Part shown: positions 1 through 20,281 of the stretch, piece by piece | How positions within the stretch are numbered: position 1 is the stretch's first letter | Layout of the letters: each line of letters begins with the position of its first letter | Assembly: GCF_009914755.1 (NCBI RefSeq) | Contig: NC_060938.1 | Length of the DNA: 64,000 nucleotides | Source: the human T2T-CHM13v2.0 reference genome, Homo sapiens | Reading direction: 5' to 3' (one strand) | The notes under the pieces: model-generated | What the model saw: the letters and a program-made list of their open reading frames with translations, nothing else | Told to the model about the DNA's origin: nothing | Database searches by the model: none | Translations under genes and position numbers: made by a program

Positions 1-262
1 GCGATGAGCCCTTCCGGTACAAAAACGAAGTGGACCAGGCCTCCGGCCATGGAGCCTCTCCTAGCTCTTCATCCCACTCGAACACTTTCCCCTCTCCCAA
101 CTGTCCCAGTTGTAACTCAAAGGGTGGCATATCAAGGTCTTTAAATATATATATGAATTTCTAAACGATATGCTATTAATGTGTAAAGAACTGAAAAACA
201 AGCACAAAATTAGCTGTGTAAAAAAAAAGACTACTGCCACTGTTAGAAAAAGACTCAGTCAT

Positions 263-595
263 TGCTATAGACTGAATGTTTTTGTGCCCCAAATTTCATA
301 TGTTGCAACCCTGACTCCAAAGCTGCTGGTATTTGGAGATGGGGCCTTGGGAGATCATTAGGTCATAAGGGTGGGGCCCTTGTGATGGGATGAGTGATCT
401 TATAAGAAATGTGAGGGTTTTTCCTCTCTCTGTTCTCTGCCATGTGAGGATACAATGAGAAGACCATGCACAAACCAGGAAGTAGCCCTCACCAGACACC
501 AGATCTGCTGTTTGCTCTTGGACTTTCCAGCCTCCAGAACTGTGAGCCACTCAGTACATGGAGTTTTGTGACAGCAGCTTGAGCACACTAAGACA
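263..595 (+). mobile_element. MaLR solo LTR (MLT1A/MSTD-like)
   Basis: TG...CA ends (TGCTATAG...ACTAAGACA), 5-bp TSD GTCAT at 258-262 and 596-600, typical MLT1 motifs (TGCCATGTGAGGA, GGACTTTCCAGCCTCCAGAACTGTGAG). Confidence 0.85.
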
Positions 596-703
596 GTCAT
601 AGTCTGGGTAACTGCCTGGATTCAGCTTTCCTCAGAGCTCATAAATGCCCCTTCTGGAGAATTCAGTGGGCAAAGCTGTGAGTGAGTCCTGGGAAACAAA
701 GAC

Positions 704-895
704 TTCCCCTTCTGGAGCATCTGTAGGTTCCCCTTCTGAAGCATCTTCAGGTTCCCCTTCTGGAGCATCTGCAGGTTCCCCTTCTGGAGCAACTGCAGGT
801 TCCCCTTCTGAAGCATCTGCAGGTTCCCATTCTGGAGCATCTGCAGGTTCCCCTTCTGGAGCATCTGCAGGTTCCCCTTCTGGAGCATCTGCAGG
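704..895. repeat. 24-bp minisatellite, 8 copies (TTCCCCTTCTGGAGCATCTGCAGG)
   Basis: Eight consecutive 24-mers counted directly, with 0-2 substitutions each. Confidence 0.97.
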
Positions 896-999
896 GCTGA
901 GCATGGGGAAGGGATTGGTCAGAGGAGTGACCACTTTCTATTTTCTACTTTCAGGAGATGTTCTCAACTCTTCTTTCCAACTCAACTATTAATGTCTTT

Positions 1000-2895
<1,896 letters not shown>

Positions 2896-3713
2896 AGAAG
2901 TTTTTCCTAAGAATAGTCTCTGTTTCCTCCAAGTTACTTTTCTACTTGTTTGTTGTTTGGCATCTGTCTTTCATGTTATGGACTTTTCTCAAATATCTGA
3001 TGATCCTTGGCTGCCTACTCATGTTTAAGAACAGGGCACTTAGAAGCCATTTGGAAGCTATGTGAATAAGTTAGATTTATCAACTGTGGATGCATTGATC
3101 TGGCTGGACCATTTTCCTGGGAAACCCAATGATTTAACATCTTTAAAACATTTTCCTCTATGATCAAATTCTGCAGAGAAGAGTATGCCAACTGCCTGCA
3201 TAGGAGGGGCAAAAGGCTTCTCATCAGCCCCAAGATTTAATGGGAAAACTTTCACTTAATTACCTTTTAAAAAATTGGTCCTTCTTCATACTCTCAGGCT
3301 CACCTTACTCTTATTCTAGGCACCACTGCAGTGACCAGTGCTGTATGGGCACTCATCAGATTCACACAGACGCACCTTGACAGCCTCACCACAGTCCTGT
3401 GTCACATGCTTCTCACCTCCCTCCCCAGGGCTCCTCTAATGCTGTAGGGGGCGATGCTGTGAGAACCTGCTCTTTGTCCATGAAAGCATAACCCATAAGT
3501 GCAGGAGAATTAACACTCCATCAGGTCAACTTTGGATTTAGGAACATTTGAACTAATGGACAGATGCTATCCCTTTCTCTCCACCAGACCAATGCTTCCG
3601 AGGGCTCAAGCAATCATCTACCCATGGCAGTGACTGTCTTTGCTAACACCTCCCTCAACTGGCTCCTCCTCCTGGTCTGCATTGTATTCGTCTTTTTTTT
3701 TTTTTTTTTTTGA

Positions 3714-4112
<399 letters not shown>

Positions 4113-4534
4113 TGATGTCCTCCAGCCTATGGCTTCCATGTGTGTGCTTCTCAAGCAAACTCATCCAAATGGACTGCATCCAGGTGAAACAGGCCTTCAG
4201 GATCACATCTGAGGCTGAGCCTTACACTAGGAACAGGCCTGTCTGCCAGAACCTCACTCAAATCTTAATGCTCAATAGAGGTTCTGGAAGACACGGACTG
4301 TCTCTTGTTCACTGTTGGATGCGTAATGCCTCCTGATTCATTCAGATATCAGCTGAATGAATGAGTGAATCCATTTGCTAGGGAAAATGCTAGAAATGAC
4401 CAAATGCTAATAATGACCAAACGCATTAGTCATTGTTCCTCCCCTAGTTTATCTTGAGAGTCTGAATATTTCTGCCCAGGTCAATACTCTACTTGTGCCA
4501 TTATTTTCCTCATGGTAGATCAAAAAGGGCTACT

Positions 4535-5273
<739 letters not shown>

Positions 5274-5643
5274 GCATAGCTCCCCCATGTCTGCTTGGAT
5301 TTCTGGGGGCCAAAAAGAAGCCTATACTTTTTTCTTTTTTAGCCATGTTGTCCTATGTGTACTAATAGCTGGGAAAACTAAATGCCATTTGGTCTGTACC
5401 AAATTCCCATCAATACCAGGAGAGACTATAAAACTGACAGATTGGGAACAAGAGGTTTCACAGCATGGATCTGGGATCCTGTAACACACCTGGGATCATC
5501 TCATCATGATTAGATGATTAGCTCTCATCATGATTTTTTAACTTCCCACACTACACCAACCTAAAGGGCTACCTTCTTTAAGACATGTTGGGGTAAGAGC
5601 TGGAACACTTAATATGTTGCAGTGGGCTCTAGGTGAGAAATGA

Positions 5644-6044
5644 TCAGGCTGAAAGCCTGTTTAGTTTTCCTTTCTCTGGGTTGCCTGGGCTCTTTCCCTG
5701 GGCCTCATCTCCTCGGCTTCTTCTCTTGACTATGACTTTTTGCACTCTCTTGCTCAGCTCTGGTGTTTCTTCATGGCCTCCCAAGATCAGTCTTGGCTGA
5801 GAATCTGCCTCTTGGACCATGAATTCTCTCCTTTCCCATGCTAACCGTGTAAGCCTCTGCTCTCAGCTTTAATCGGTCAGGCCTAGCATAGGGCCTGGGA
5901 AAATAATGCTGACCTTTAACTGCTGCTCAGAGAAAGCACAGTGTTCCCATTTCAGTGGTTGAAGGAGGGTCCTGTTTTCATTCTTTATCATCATCTCTCC
6001 CTTCATATTTTTCTTTGATCCAACTTCAAATAGAAATTTTCAAC
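5644..6044 (-). pseudogene. Candidate terminal exon remnant I (C-terminal extension with no C9orf72 counterpart)
   Basis: Very strong acceptor tttctttttcttttccaatcaactttctcag; the phase-1 frame matches the exon H donor and runs about 130 codons with three internal stops. Confidence 0.45.
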
Positions 6045-6151
6045 CTGAGAAAGTTGATTGGAAAAGAAAAAGAAATAATATTATAAGCCCAAGTTAAACT
6101 AAACTAAACAAAAATTTCAAGGCCACCCATGTTAGGAAAAAAAAATGATAC

Positions 6152-6624
6152 CACTGATTTTTCGTACAACAAAATACATGTGCAGTCCCTGTAAGACTGT
6201 GTGGTAAGATCCGATCTATACTTGACAAATCAAATCTTGGAACCAGAGTCAGACATTTAAGATCTAGACTGTGCTCAAAAATCCATTTCAGACCAGGTGT
6301 GGTGGCTCATGCCTGTAATCCCAGCACTTTGTGAGGGTGAGGTGGGAGAATCACTTGAGGTCTCGAGTTTGAGGTGAGCCTGGACAACAGAAGGAGACCC
6401 CATCTCTACAAAAAATAAAAATAAAAATAAAAAAATTAGTTGAGCATAATAGCACAAGCCTGTAGTCCCAGCTACTCAGGAGACTAAGTCAGGTGGATTG
6501 CTTGAGCCCAGGAATTTGAGGCTGCAGTGAGCTATGATCATGTCACTGCACTCTGGCCTGGGTGACAGACAAAGACCATGTCTCAAAAAATAAAAAATAA
6601 ATACATTTCATATAGTCATTGTAG
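6152..6624 (-). pseudogene. Exon remnant H, split by Alu 6291-6600: [16 protein letters not shown][fs]..QDL...VLQGLHMYFVVRKISG
   Basis: Acceptor ctcttttcttaacag (phase 2), donor GTG|GTATCA; frame restored by removing the Alu at TSD AAAT(C/A)CATTTCA; cf. C9orf72 LKIDLDLT..GDL...IKPGLHSFIFG. Confidence 0.65.
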
Positions 6625-6778
6625 CTGTTAAGAAAAGAGTTTTATAATACGTAAGGAGCATATCAGCAGAAGTTTTTAAGAAAACACATAGCATTTAGAT
6701 CTCATCCATTCCATCCATGGAAAATGTACCACTACTGCCATTACTTTGAGATTGGAATCAATTGCCCAAGCAAAGATA

Positions 6779-7323
6779 CATTCTAGTTACTATTACTCTG
6801 TAACAAAGTCTCTCTAAACTTCGTGGTTTAAAGTAGGCATTTTATTTTGCTCCCAATTTTGTGAGTCAGGTATTGGGGAAGGGTTTTGCTGGGCAGTTCT
6901 CATTTGAGGCCTCTCATGTAGTTGCAGTCAGATGTCAGCTGTGCTGCTGTCATCCGAACGCTCAACTGGGCTGTGAATGTCTACGATGAAACACTGACAT
7001 GGCTTGCAGGGAATACTGGCTGTTGGCTGGGAGCTCAGCCAGGCCTGTCTGCCAGAACAGGTATGCATGGCCTTTTTGAGAGGGGAGTTAGACTTCTACA
7101 TGGTGGCTGCTTTCCCTACAGAAAGCATTCCAAGAGAACCAGGCAGAAGTTGCATGGTCTTTTCTGACCTAGCCTCCAATGTCACACAGCATCATTTATG
7201 CTTTATTTTATTGGGTACAAACAAGTCACCAAAGCCAGCCCAGATTTAACAGGAGGGAATAGAGACTTCACTTCTGATGGGACAAATGTGAAAGAACTTG
7301 ATAACAAGTTTAAAAATCACCTT
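6779..7323 (-). mobile_element. Old MaLR solo LTR (MLT1G/H-like)
   Basis: GGGCAGTTCTCA...GTTGCAGTCAGATGTC...GGCTGGGAGCTCAGC...CCAAGAGAACCAGGCAGAAG motifs; 5-bp TSD AGATA (6774-6778) / AGATG (7324-7328). Confidence 0.8.
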
Positions 7324-7547
7324 AGATGATGTTAACCCATAGAGTTATAAGGAAAGAGATTGCATTTACAGCCAATAATACAAAATAAATTTCAGAGAGG
7401 TTGAGGTAGGGTGTAGATTAAAAGAATCAGTTCATCTCAATTCCTTATTAATTTTTTTTTAAATGTAGACACGTGGTCTTGCTCTGTTGCCCAGGCTGGA
7501 GTGCAGTGGCATGATCATAGCTCAGGAGTCTTGAACTCCTGGGCTAA

Positions 7548-7907
<360 letters not shown>

Positions 7908-8187
7908 TGAGTGGCAGTCGGGGGTCATGGTTATATGCAGCCCTATACCTCATCCTTCTAAATTTGATGTTCAGGAGTTAAAAGCATTTCTCACCCCGTG
8001 ACAATCTGAAAAATCCAGGCAGTGTATTTGAGTGGCCTGGCTTTTCTCTAAGTATTACCCTAACCACTGTGGCTGGGGGTAAGGTATAGAATGTTTGCAT
8101 CATTTAAGGATAAGCATATTCTTCTCAAACACAGAGTTAGAAAGATTATTTGAAATGACAAAAATTAAGTCACAATCATACATTTGA

Positions 8188-8329
<142 letters not shown>

Positions 8330-8549
8330 TAGCTGGGACTAGAGGTGCCCGCCACCACACCGGGATAATTTTTTGTATTTTTTAGTAGAGACGGCATTTC
8401 ACCATGTTAGCCAGGATGGTCTCAATCTCCTGACCTTGCGATCCGCCCACCTCGGCCTCCCAAAGTGCTGGGATTACAGGCATGAGCCACCGCACCTGGA
8501 CCATTTGATTTGATTTTAAAATAGCTAAATAAAAATTTTTAATATTTAC

Positions 8550-8584
8550 ATATTAACACCATCATCCTTGGCTTCCTATTCTAC
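8550..8584 (-). pseudogene. Exon remnant F: VE*EAKDDGVN(M)
   Basis: Acceptor ctttttccaccttttgaaaaccaatacag, donor GTAAAT (one G short of phase 0); ends like C9orf72 ...EKVNK|. Confidence 0.5.
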
Positions 8585-8666
8585 CTGTATTGGTTTTCAA
8601 AAGGTGGAAAAAGAAATTGAGAGTAATGAATGCATGAATGTGTTTGTACATTCAGAAAATACTTAT

Positions 8667-8801
8667 AAGTTATTTCCTTTTTGCCAAAAGATAGATAGTC
8701 TGAAAAGATGATCTATCACAAAGAACACCCTGAAAATAAGAAGCCCTTTGTGATCTGGACATCAAAGATATTAATCTGGGTACATTTCAGGACTGGGGGG
8801 T
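8667..8801 (-). pseudogene. Exon remnant E: DPPVLKCTQINIFDVQITKGFLF[fs]RVFFVIDHL...
   Basis: Acceptor ttttcttttatgtgtgcaccctacag; donor apparently decayed to ATAAGT; resembles C9orf72 DTVLNDDDI...EGFLLNAISSHL. Confidence 0.6.
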
Positions 8802-8926
8802 CTGTAGGGTGCACACATAAAAGAAAATGCAGATTTAACATGACCTAAAAGGGATCTGTTCTACTCAGATGAGAGCAGGGAAGATGCACACGAGCTTTTA
8901 CTCCTGACAGCCTTCTCAAAACTTAG

Positions 8927-9311
<385 letters not shown>

Positions 9312-11149
9312 TAAGAAAAAATCTAAGAAAGAACAAAGTCAAAGCTATGTTAGAAATGTTATTTTTCTCATTTTATAGAAGAGTTTCAGCAAACATCCAA
9401 ATCAAAAGACACTGAGGGGCTGGATGTGGTGGCTCATGCCTATAATCCCAACACTTTGGGAGGCCAAGGTGGGACGATCACTTGAGCCCAGGAGTTTGAG
9501 ACCAGACTAGGTAACGTAGAAATCATCTGTACAAAAAAAAATTTTTTTTAAAGACACCGAGAACATAAATGTCAACTCTCAGTGTCTAATTTGGCAGTCC
9601 CTCAGCATAGCTGTAAATGAATTTCAGTTTTCTCTTACTTATGGTTAATTTCTTATGAACTAAATCAATACTTATATATTTTATATTTAAAAGACTTACT
9701 GTGTCTAAGAGCTGAATTTAGCACTGTCTTGTTGGGTTGGACTGGGCCCTCCAAAATGCAGACATCAAGATGGAATTAAACATGCAAGGATTTTATTAAG
9801 GGAAATGCTTGTGTGAAAGGAAATAGGGAGAGAGCCAGGATGGCTGGGAGAGGCATCACTTGGTGATGCAAGTGTGAGCCTGAGTGAAGGAAAGAGAGAG
9901 AGAAGGCTGAGCACAGTCATCCTAGAGAGCATTGCAAGGAAGATTTGGCAAAGTTTTTTTTTTTTTTTTGAGATGGAGTCTCGCTCTGTCACCTATCAGG
10001 CATGATCTTGGCTCACTGCAACCTCCGCCTTCTGGGTTCAAGCAATTCTCCTGCCTCAGCCTCTCAGGTAGCTGGGATTACAGGCGCAAGACATCATGCC
10101 TGGCTAATTTTTGTATTTTTAGTAGAGACGGGGTTTAGCCATGTTGCCCAGGCTAGTCTTGAACTCCTGGCCTCAAGTGATGTGCCCACCTCGGCCTCCC
10201 AAGTGCTGGGATTACAGGTGTGAGCCACTGAGCTCGGCCTCGGCAAAGTTGATAAGGGAGTCCCTGAGCCAAAGTCAGCCTGCAAAGGAGGCCATGCCTC
10301 CCGGGAGTGTGTCTGCCTTGGTGTCCTGCTGCATCCAGTCCCTAGCGGGAGCAGCCTATGAGCAGAAGCACCATGCCCAAGCATACTGATGAATTTCAGA
10401 GCACAGCAGCTGGGGCCTTTGGTCAATTATGTTCCAAAAAAGAAGTCTATGAGGCATGTTCTCATGGCCACCACGTTTGCCATCACTGGAGTAGTATGCA
10501 GCACTACAGTTTTTCAGACACCAAGAAATAGGAAGCAGGAAGCAGGAAGGGGGTGTCCAGTTGCAAGCACTCAGCCCTGAGGGAAATGTAGAAGATCGAA
10601 AAGGCATGTGTATGCTGCAATTCCCTGTGGATAATGCCAGTGCCCAATCCATCCTTCTCTTCCCATCCTTTTCACATTGAATCTTGGGGCCCCTGAGGAG
10701 ACTTCCCCTACCTAAGCAGGCAGCTGTCGGAACCTTCTCTGCAGAACTTTTTTTTTTTTTTTTTTTTTTTTTGAGAAAGAGCCTCACTCTGTGGCCTAGG
10801 CTGGAGTGCAGTGGTGGGATCTTGGCTCACTGCAACCTCCACCTCCCGGATTCAAGCAATTCTCACGTCTCAGCCTCCTGAGTAGCTGAAACTCCAGGTG
10901 CTCACCATCACAACTGGCTATTTTTTTTTTTTTTTTTTTTTTGGTATTTTTAGTAGAGCTAGGGGTTCGCCATGTTGGCCAGGCTAGTCTTGAACTCCTG
11001 ACCTCAGGTGATCCACCTGCCTCGGCCTCCCAAATTGCTGGGATTACAGGTGTGAGCCATGGCACCCGACCCTCTGCAGAATCTGATCACAAAGGAAAAA
11101 AAGATTTAAAGACACTAAATCATTGAGTTTCTTAGCAAAATGGTCAAGG

Positions 11150-12820
<1,671 letters not shown>

Positions 12821-13190
12821 TGATCTCGAACTCCTGGGCTCAAGTGATCTGCCCGCCTCAGCCTCCCAAAGTGCTGGGATTACAGGGATAAGCCACCACG
12901 CCTGGCTTAAGCTATTTTATTTTACTTTATTTTAATTTTTAGAGACCAAGTCTTGCTCTGTCACCCAGGCTGGAGTACAGTGGCATGATCATAGCTCACT
13001 ATAGTCTTGAACTCTTGGCTCAAACTATTGCATGAGATCCTCCCACCTCAAGCCTCCCACTGACTAAACTCTTCATAAAACTTTCATGTGGGAGGATGAG
13101 AAGAGTGAGTGTTTATGTATGGCGGTGATAGTAGGGCTTAGAAAAGACCTAAATCCTCGTCTTTCATAGTGGAATGTTAATAGATTATAC

Positions 13191-13668
13191 TTTTTTTTTT
13201 TAAACTTTAAGTTCAGGGGACATGTGCAGATTTGTTACACAGGTAAAGCTGGGGGTTTATTGTACAGATTGTTTCATCACCCAGGTATTAAGCCTGGCAC
13301 CCATTAGTTATCTTTCCTGATCCCCTCCCTCTTCCCATCCTCCATCCTCTGACAGGCCGTTTTTCCCCTCTAGGCGTTCACGTGTTCTCATCCTTTGGCT
13401 CCCACTTATAAGTGAGATCATGAGGTATTTGGTTTTCTGTTCCTGCTTTAGTTTGCTAAGGATAATGGCCTCCAGCTCCATCCATGTCGCTGCAAAAGAC
13501 ATGATCTCATTCATTTTTATGGCTGCATAGTATTCCATAGTGTATATGTACCACATTTTCTTTATCCAGTGTACCATTGATGGATATTTAGGTCGATTCC
13601 ATGTCTTTGCTATTGTGAATAGTGCTGCAATGAACATACACATACCTGTGTCTTTATGATAGAACAAT
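13191..13668 (-). mobile_element. 5'-truncated L1PA 3' end
   Basis: Poly-T then L1 3'UTR; ORF 13308-13667 encodes the ORF2 C-terminal motif MFIAALFTIAKTWN.PK.PS...WIKKMW. Confidence 0.93.
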
Positions 13669-14224
13669 TTACTTATAACTTAAAAAAAAATGGCAGTATA
13701 AGTCCAGGCACCATGGCTCATGCCTGTAATCCCAGCACTTTGTGAAGCTGCGGTGGGTAGATCAATTGAGCCCAGGAGTTTGAGACCAGCCTAGGTAATG
13801 TGGCAAGACCCGGCTCTAAAAAAAAAAAAAAAAAAAAAAAATTAGCCAGGCATGGTGGCATGTGCCTGTAGTCCTAGCTACTTGGGAAGCCCAGGAGATT
13901 GAGGCTGCAGTGAGCCAAGATCGCACCACTTCACTCCAGCCTGGGCAAGAGAGTGAGACCCTGTCTCAAAAAAAAAAAAAAAAAAAAAAAAAAATAGCAG
14001 TGTAAGCAGGTTATTTAGAGATTCCGAGGCAAATGTCCAAATAAACAGTTAAAACAATTTTATGTGGTTGCCTCTGAAGAAAGGGAAATGGAAGAGGGAT
14101 ATGTACAGGGAACTGTTAGATTTTATAATAATTTAGGATTATTTGACTTTCTGAAGTATGTGCAGGGATACATTTAATGAAAACGATAGCAAAATGAGAA
14201 ACTTAAAAACAGAAAGCTAGGACT

Positions 14225-15094
<870 letters not shown>

Positions 15095-15208
15095 CTGAAA
15101 ATTATAAAAGAATTCACTATCCTAAAAAAATGGCTACGATAAATGGGATAAAAAGATGTTTTAATCAGTGAGAATAGTGGAGCATATATTTAACCATCTG
15201 TATCATAC

Positions 15209-15254
15209 CAACCATATTTTGATTATGGGTATAATTATCTAATTCCTTTTTGAG
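15209..15254 (-). pseudogene. Exon remnant C (46 bp, phase 0/1): LKKELDNYTHNQNMV(G)
   Basis: Acceptor gtcttcctag, donor TTG|GTATGA; phases match both neighbouring exons; no clear motif match on its own. Confidence 0.5.
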
Positions 15255-15994
15255 CTAGGAAGACTTTTGAAACATAGAGAGCAACGTAGTGGTTCTATCC
15301 ATGAAATGAAAATGGGATTTTATGTAACGCATTTAATATTATTTGAGCTGAGACCTGGGATGTTTGATGAACTCTGTCAGAACATGTAATAATCTTGGAG
15401 GATAAGAATGGCATTTGGGGCCGGGCGCGGTGGCTCACGCCTGTAATCCCAGCACTTTGGGAGGCTGAGGCAGGCGGATCACCTGAGGTCAGGAGTTTGA
15501 GACCAGCCTGACCAACATGGTGAAACCCCGTCTCTACTAAAAATACCAAAAATTAGCTGGGCGTAGTGGCGCGTGCCTGTAATCCCAGCTACTCAGGAGG
15601 CTGAGACAGGAGAATCACTTGAACCCAGGAGTCAGAGGTTGCAGTGAGCTGAGACTGCGCCATTACCCTCCAGCCTGGGCAACAAGAGCGAAACTCTGTC
15701 AAAAAAAAAGAATGGCATTTGGCAAGATGAGACTTTGGTTCCTAACTGCTCTAGGACCTAGGCTGGCTTGAGGTTCAGAGTGCCGGTTACTCTCCATTTG
15801 ACTGTCCCCATTTCCCCTGCAACATCCATTCTTTGCTCTTCTCTGCCCTACTCTGTGACCTGAAGTCTGATCCCCATGGAGTGTTTCATCCAGGCTCTCT
15901 TGCTCTCTGGCTTCTCACTTCTGGTTGAGCTCAGCCAGTAGGAGGAATGGCACAAGATGGGAGGGGAATATGGGCAGAGAAAGTAGTTGCAGTA

Positions 15995-17434
<1,440 letters not shown>

Positions 17435-17531
17435 TATTTTTTGTCTCTCTTTGCTTCCAGGCCTCAGTGCTGTCAGGGACTGTCTTCCAGGACAAGTGCT
17501 TTGATACAGCTGATCTACAGGGTTCCCTAGT

Positions 17532-20281
17532 TGTATTTATCTGTTCTCACATTGCTATAAAAGAATACCTGGGACTGGGTAATTTATAAAGAAAAGAGGT
17601 TTAATTGGCTCAGAGTTCCACAGGCTATACAGGAAGCATGATGCTGGCATCTGCTTGGCTTCTGGGCAGGCCTTGAGAAATTTACAATCATGGCAGAAGT
17701 AAAGGAGGAGCAGGCACATCTTACCTGGCAGAGCAGTAGCAAGACAGAGCGAGAGAGGAGGTGCCATAAAACCAGATCTTGGGAGAACTCACTATTGAGA
17801 GAACAGCACCAAGAGGATGGCGCTAAACCATCATGAAGAACCAGCTCCCATGATCAAATTGCCTCCTACCAGGCCCCACTTCCAACATTGGGGATTACAA
17901 CTGGACATGGGATTTGGGTGGGGACACAGATCTAAACCATACCATTCTGCCCTCAGCCCTTCCCAAATCTCATGTCCTTCTCACATTGCAAAATACAATC
18001 ATCCCTTCTCAACAGTCCCCCAGTCTTAACTCATTTCAGCATTAGCTCAAAAGTCCAAAGTCCAAAGTCTCATCTGAGACAAGGCTAGTCCCACTTATGA
18101 GCCTGTAAAATAAAAAAACAAGTTAGTTACTCTTAAGATACAATGGGGGTATTGGCATTGGGTAAATACTCCCATTCCAAAAGGAAGAAATTAGCCAAAA
18201 GAAAGAGGCTACAGACCCCACACAAGTTTGAAACCCAGAAGGGCAGTCATTACATCTTAAAGCTCCCAAATAATCTCCTTTGACTCCATGTCCCACATCC
18301 AGGCCACACTGATGCCTTTCTGCCTGTGTGACTTTGCAGTGTTCAGCCCCCAGTGACTGCTCTCACAGACTGGTGTTGAATGTCTGCAGCTTTTCCAGGC
18401 ACACGGTGCGAACTGTTGGTGGATCTACTATTCTGGGGTCTGGAGGAGGGTGGCCCACTTCTCACAGCTCCACTAGGCAGTGCCCCAGTGAGGACTCTGT
18501 GTGGGAGCTCCAACCCCACATTTCACCTCTACACTGCCCTAGTAGAGGCTCCCCGTGAGGGCTCTGTCCCTGAAGCAGGCTTCTGCCTGGACATCTTGGC
18601 TTTTCCATACATCCTCTGAAATCTAGGCAGAGACTCCCAAGCCTCAACTCTTTCACTCTGTGCACCTGCAGGCCTAACACCATGTGGAAGCCACCAAGGC
18701 TTATGGCTTGCACCATCTGAAGCAGAGGCCTGAGTTCTGGGCCCCTTTGAGCCATGGCTGGAGCTGGAGTGGCCAGGATGCAGGGAGCAGTGTTCAGAGG
18801 CTGTGCAGGGCAGTGGAGCCCTGGGCCTGTCCCACAAAACCATTCTTCCCTTCTAGGACTCTGGGCCTATAATAGGAGGGGCTGCTGTGAAGGTCTCTGA
18901 AATGCCTTCAAGGGCTTCTCCCCATTGTCTTGTCTATTAGCACTTGGCTCCTTTTTACTTATGCACACTTCTTCAGCCTGCTTGAATTTTTCCCTGGAAA
19001 AATGGGCCTTCTTTTCTACCACATGAGCAGGCTGCAAATGGTTCCAAACATTTACGCTTTGCTTCCCTTTTAAATACAAGTTCCAACTATAGGCCATTTC
19101 TTTGTTCATGTATATGTGATAGGTTGTTAGAAGCAGCCAGGCCACATCTTGAACATTTTGCTGCTTAGAAATTTCTTCTGCCAGATACCCTAAATCATCA
19201 CTCTCATGTTCAAAGTTCCACAGATCCCTAGGGCAGGAGCACAAGGCAGCCAAGTTCTTTGCTAAGGCATAGCAAAAGTGATCTTTGCTCCAATTCCCAA
19301 TAAGTTCCTCATTTCCATCTGAGATCTCCTCAGCCTGGACTTCACTGTCCATATCACTATCAGTATTTTGGTCACAACCATTTAACCAGTCTGTAGGAAG
19401 TTCCACACTTTCTCTCATCTTCCTATCTTCTTCTGAGCCCTCCAAACTATTCCAGTCTCTGCCCATTACCCAGTTCCCCAGTCACTTTCACATTTTTAGG
19501 TATCAGTATAGCAATGCCCCACTCCCAGTACCAATTTTCTGTATTAGGCTGTTCTCACATTGCCATAAATAAATACCTCAGGCAGGGCACTGTGGTTCAT
19601 GCCTGTAATCCCAGCACTTTGGGAGGCTGAGGCGGGCAGATCATTTGAGGTCAGGAATTTGAGATCAGCTTGGCCAACATGGTGAAGACCTGTCTCTACT
19701 AAAAATACAAAAATAAAAATTAGCTGGGTGTGGGTAAATGCATCTGTAATTCAAGCTACTCAGGAGGCTGAGGCACAAGAGTCACTGAACCCAGGAGGCG
19801 GAGGTTGCAGTGAGCAACATTGCACCACTGCACTCCAGTCTGGGTGACAGAATGAGACTCTTGTCTCCAAAAAAAAAAAAAAAAAAAAGAAATACCTCAG
19901 GCTGGGTAATTTATAAAGAAAAGAGGTTTAATTGGCTCATGATTCTACAGGCTGTACAAGAAGCATGACACTGGCATCTGCTTGGCTTCTGGGGATGCCT
20001 CAGGAAACTTACAATCATGGCAGAAGGTGAAGAGGGAGCAGGAATGTCTTACATGGAAGAGCAGAAGAGAGAAGAAGTGAGGAGGTGCCACACGTTTTCA
20101 AACAGCCAGCTCTCAGGAGATTCACTCAGTATCATGAGAATAGCACCAAATGGATGGCGCTAAGCCATCAGGAGTAACCCACCTCCATGATCCAATCACC
20201 TCCCACCAGGCCCCACCTCCAGCAATGGGGATTACAACTGAACATGAGATTTGGGTGGGGACGCAGATCCAAACCATATCA
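17532..20281 (-). mobile_element. Full-length MST (MaLR) provirus: LTR 17532-17945, internal region, LTR 19540-20281 (Alu at 19581-19889)
   Basis: Two related LTRs, TSD CTAGT/TTAGT, and internal ORF 18867-19466 with the MaLR-typical SLEGSEEDRKM.ES.ELP.D.LNG.DQN. Confidence 0.92.

Noticed and set aside
704-895. CRISPR-like regular repeat
   Set aside because: Head-to-tail units with no spacers, in primate DNA; an ordinary minisatellite.
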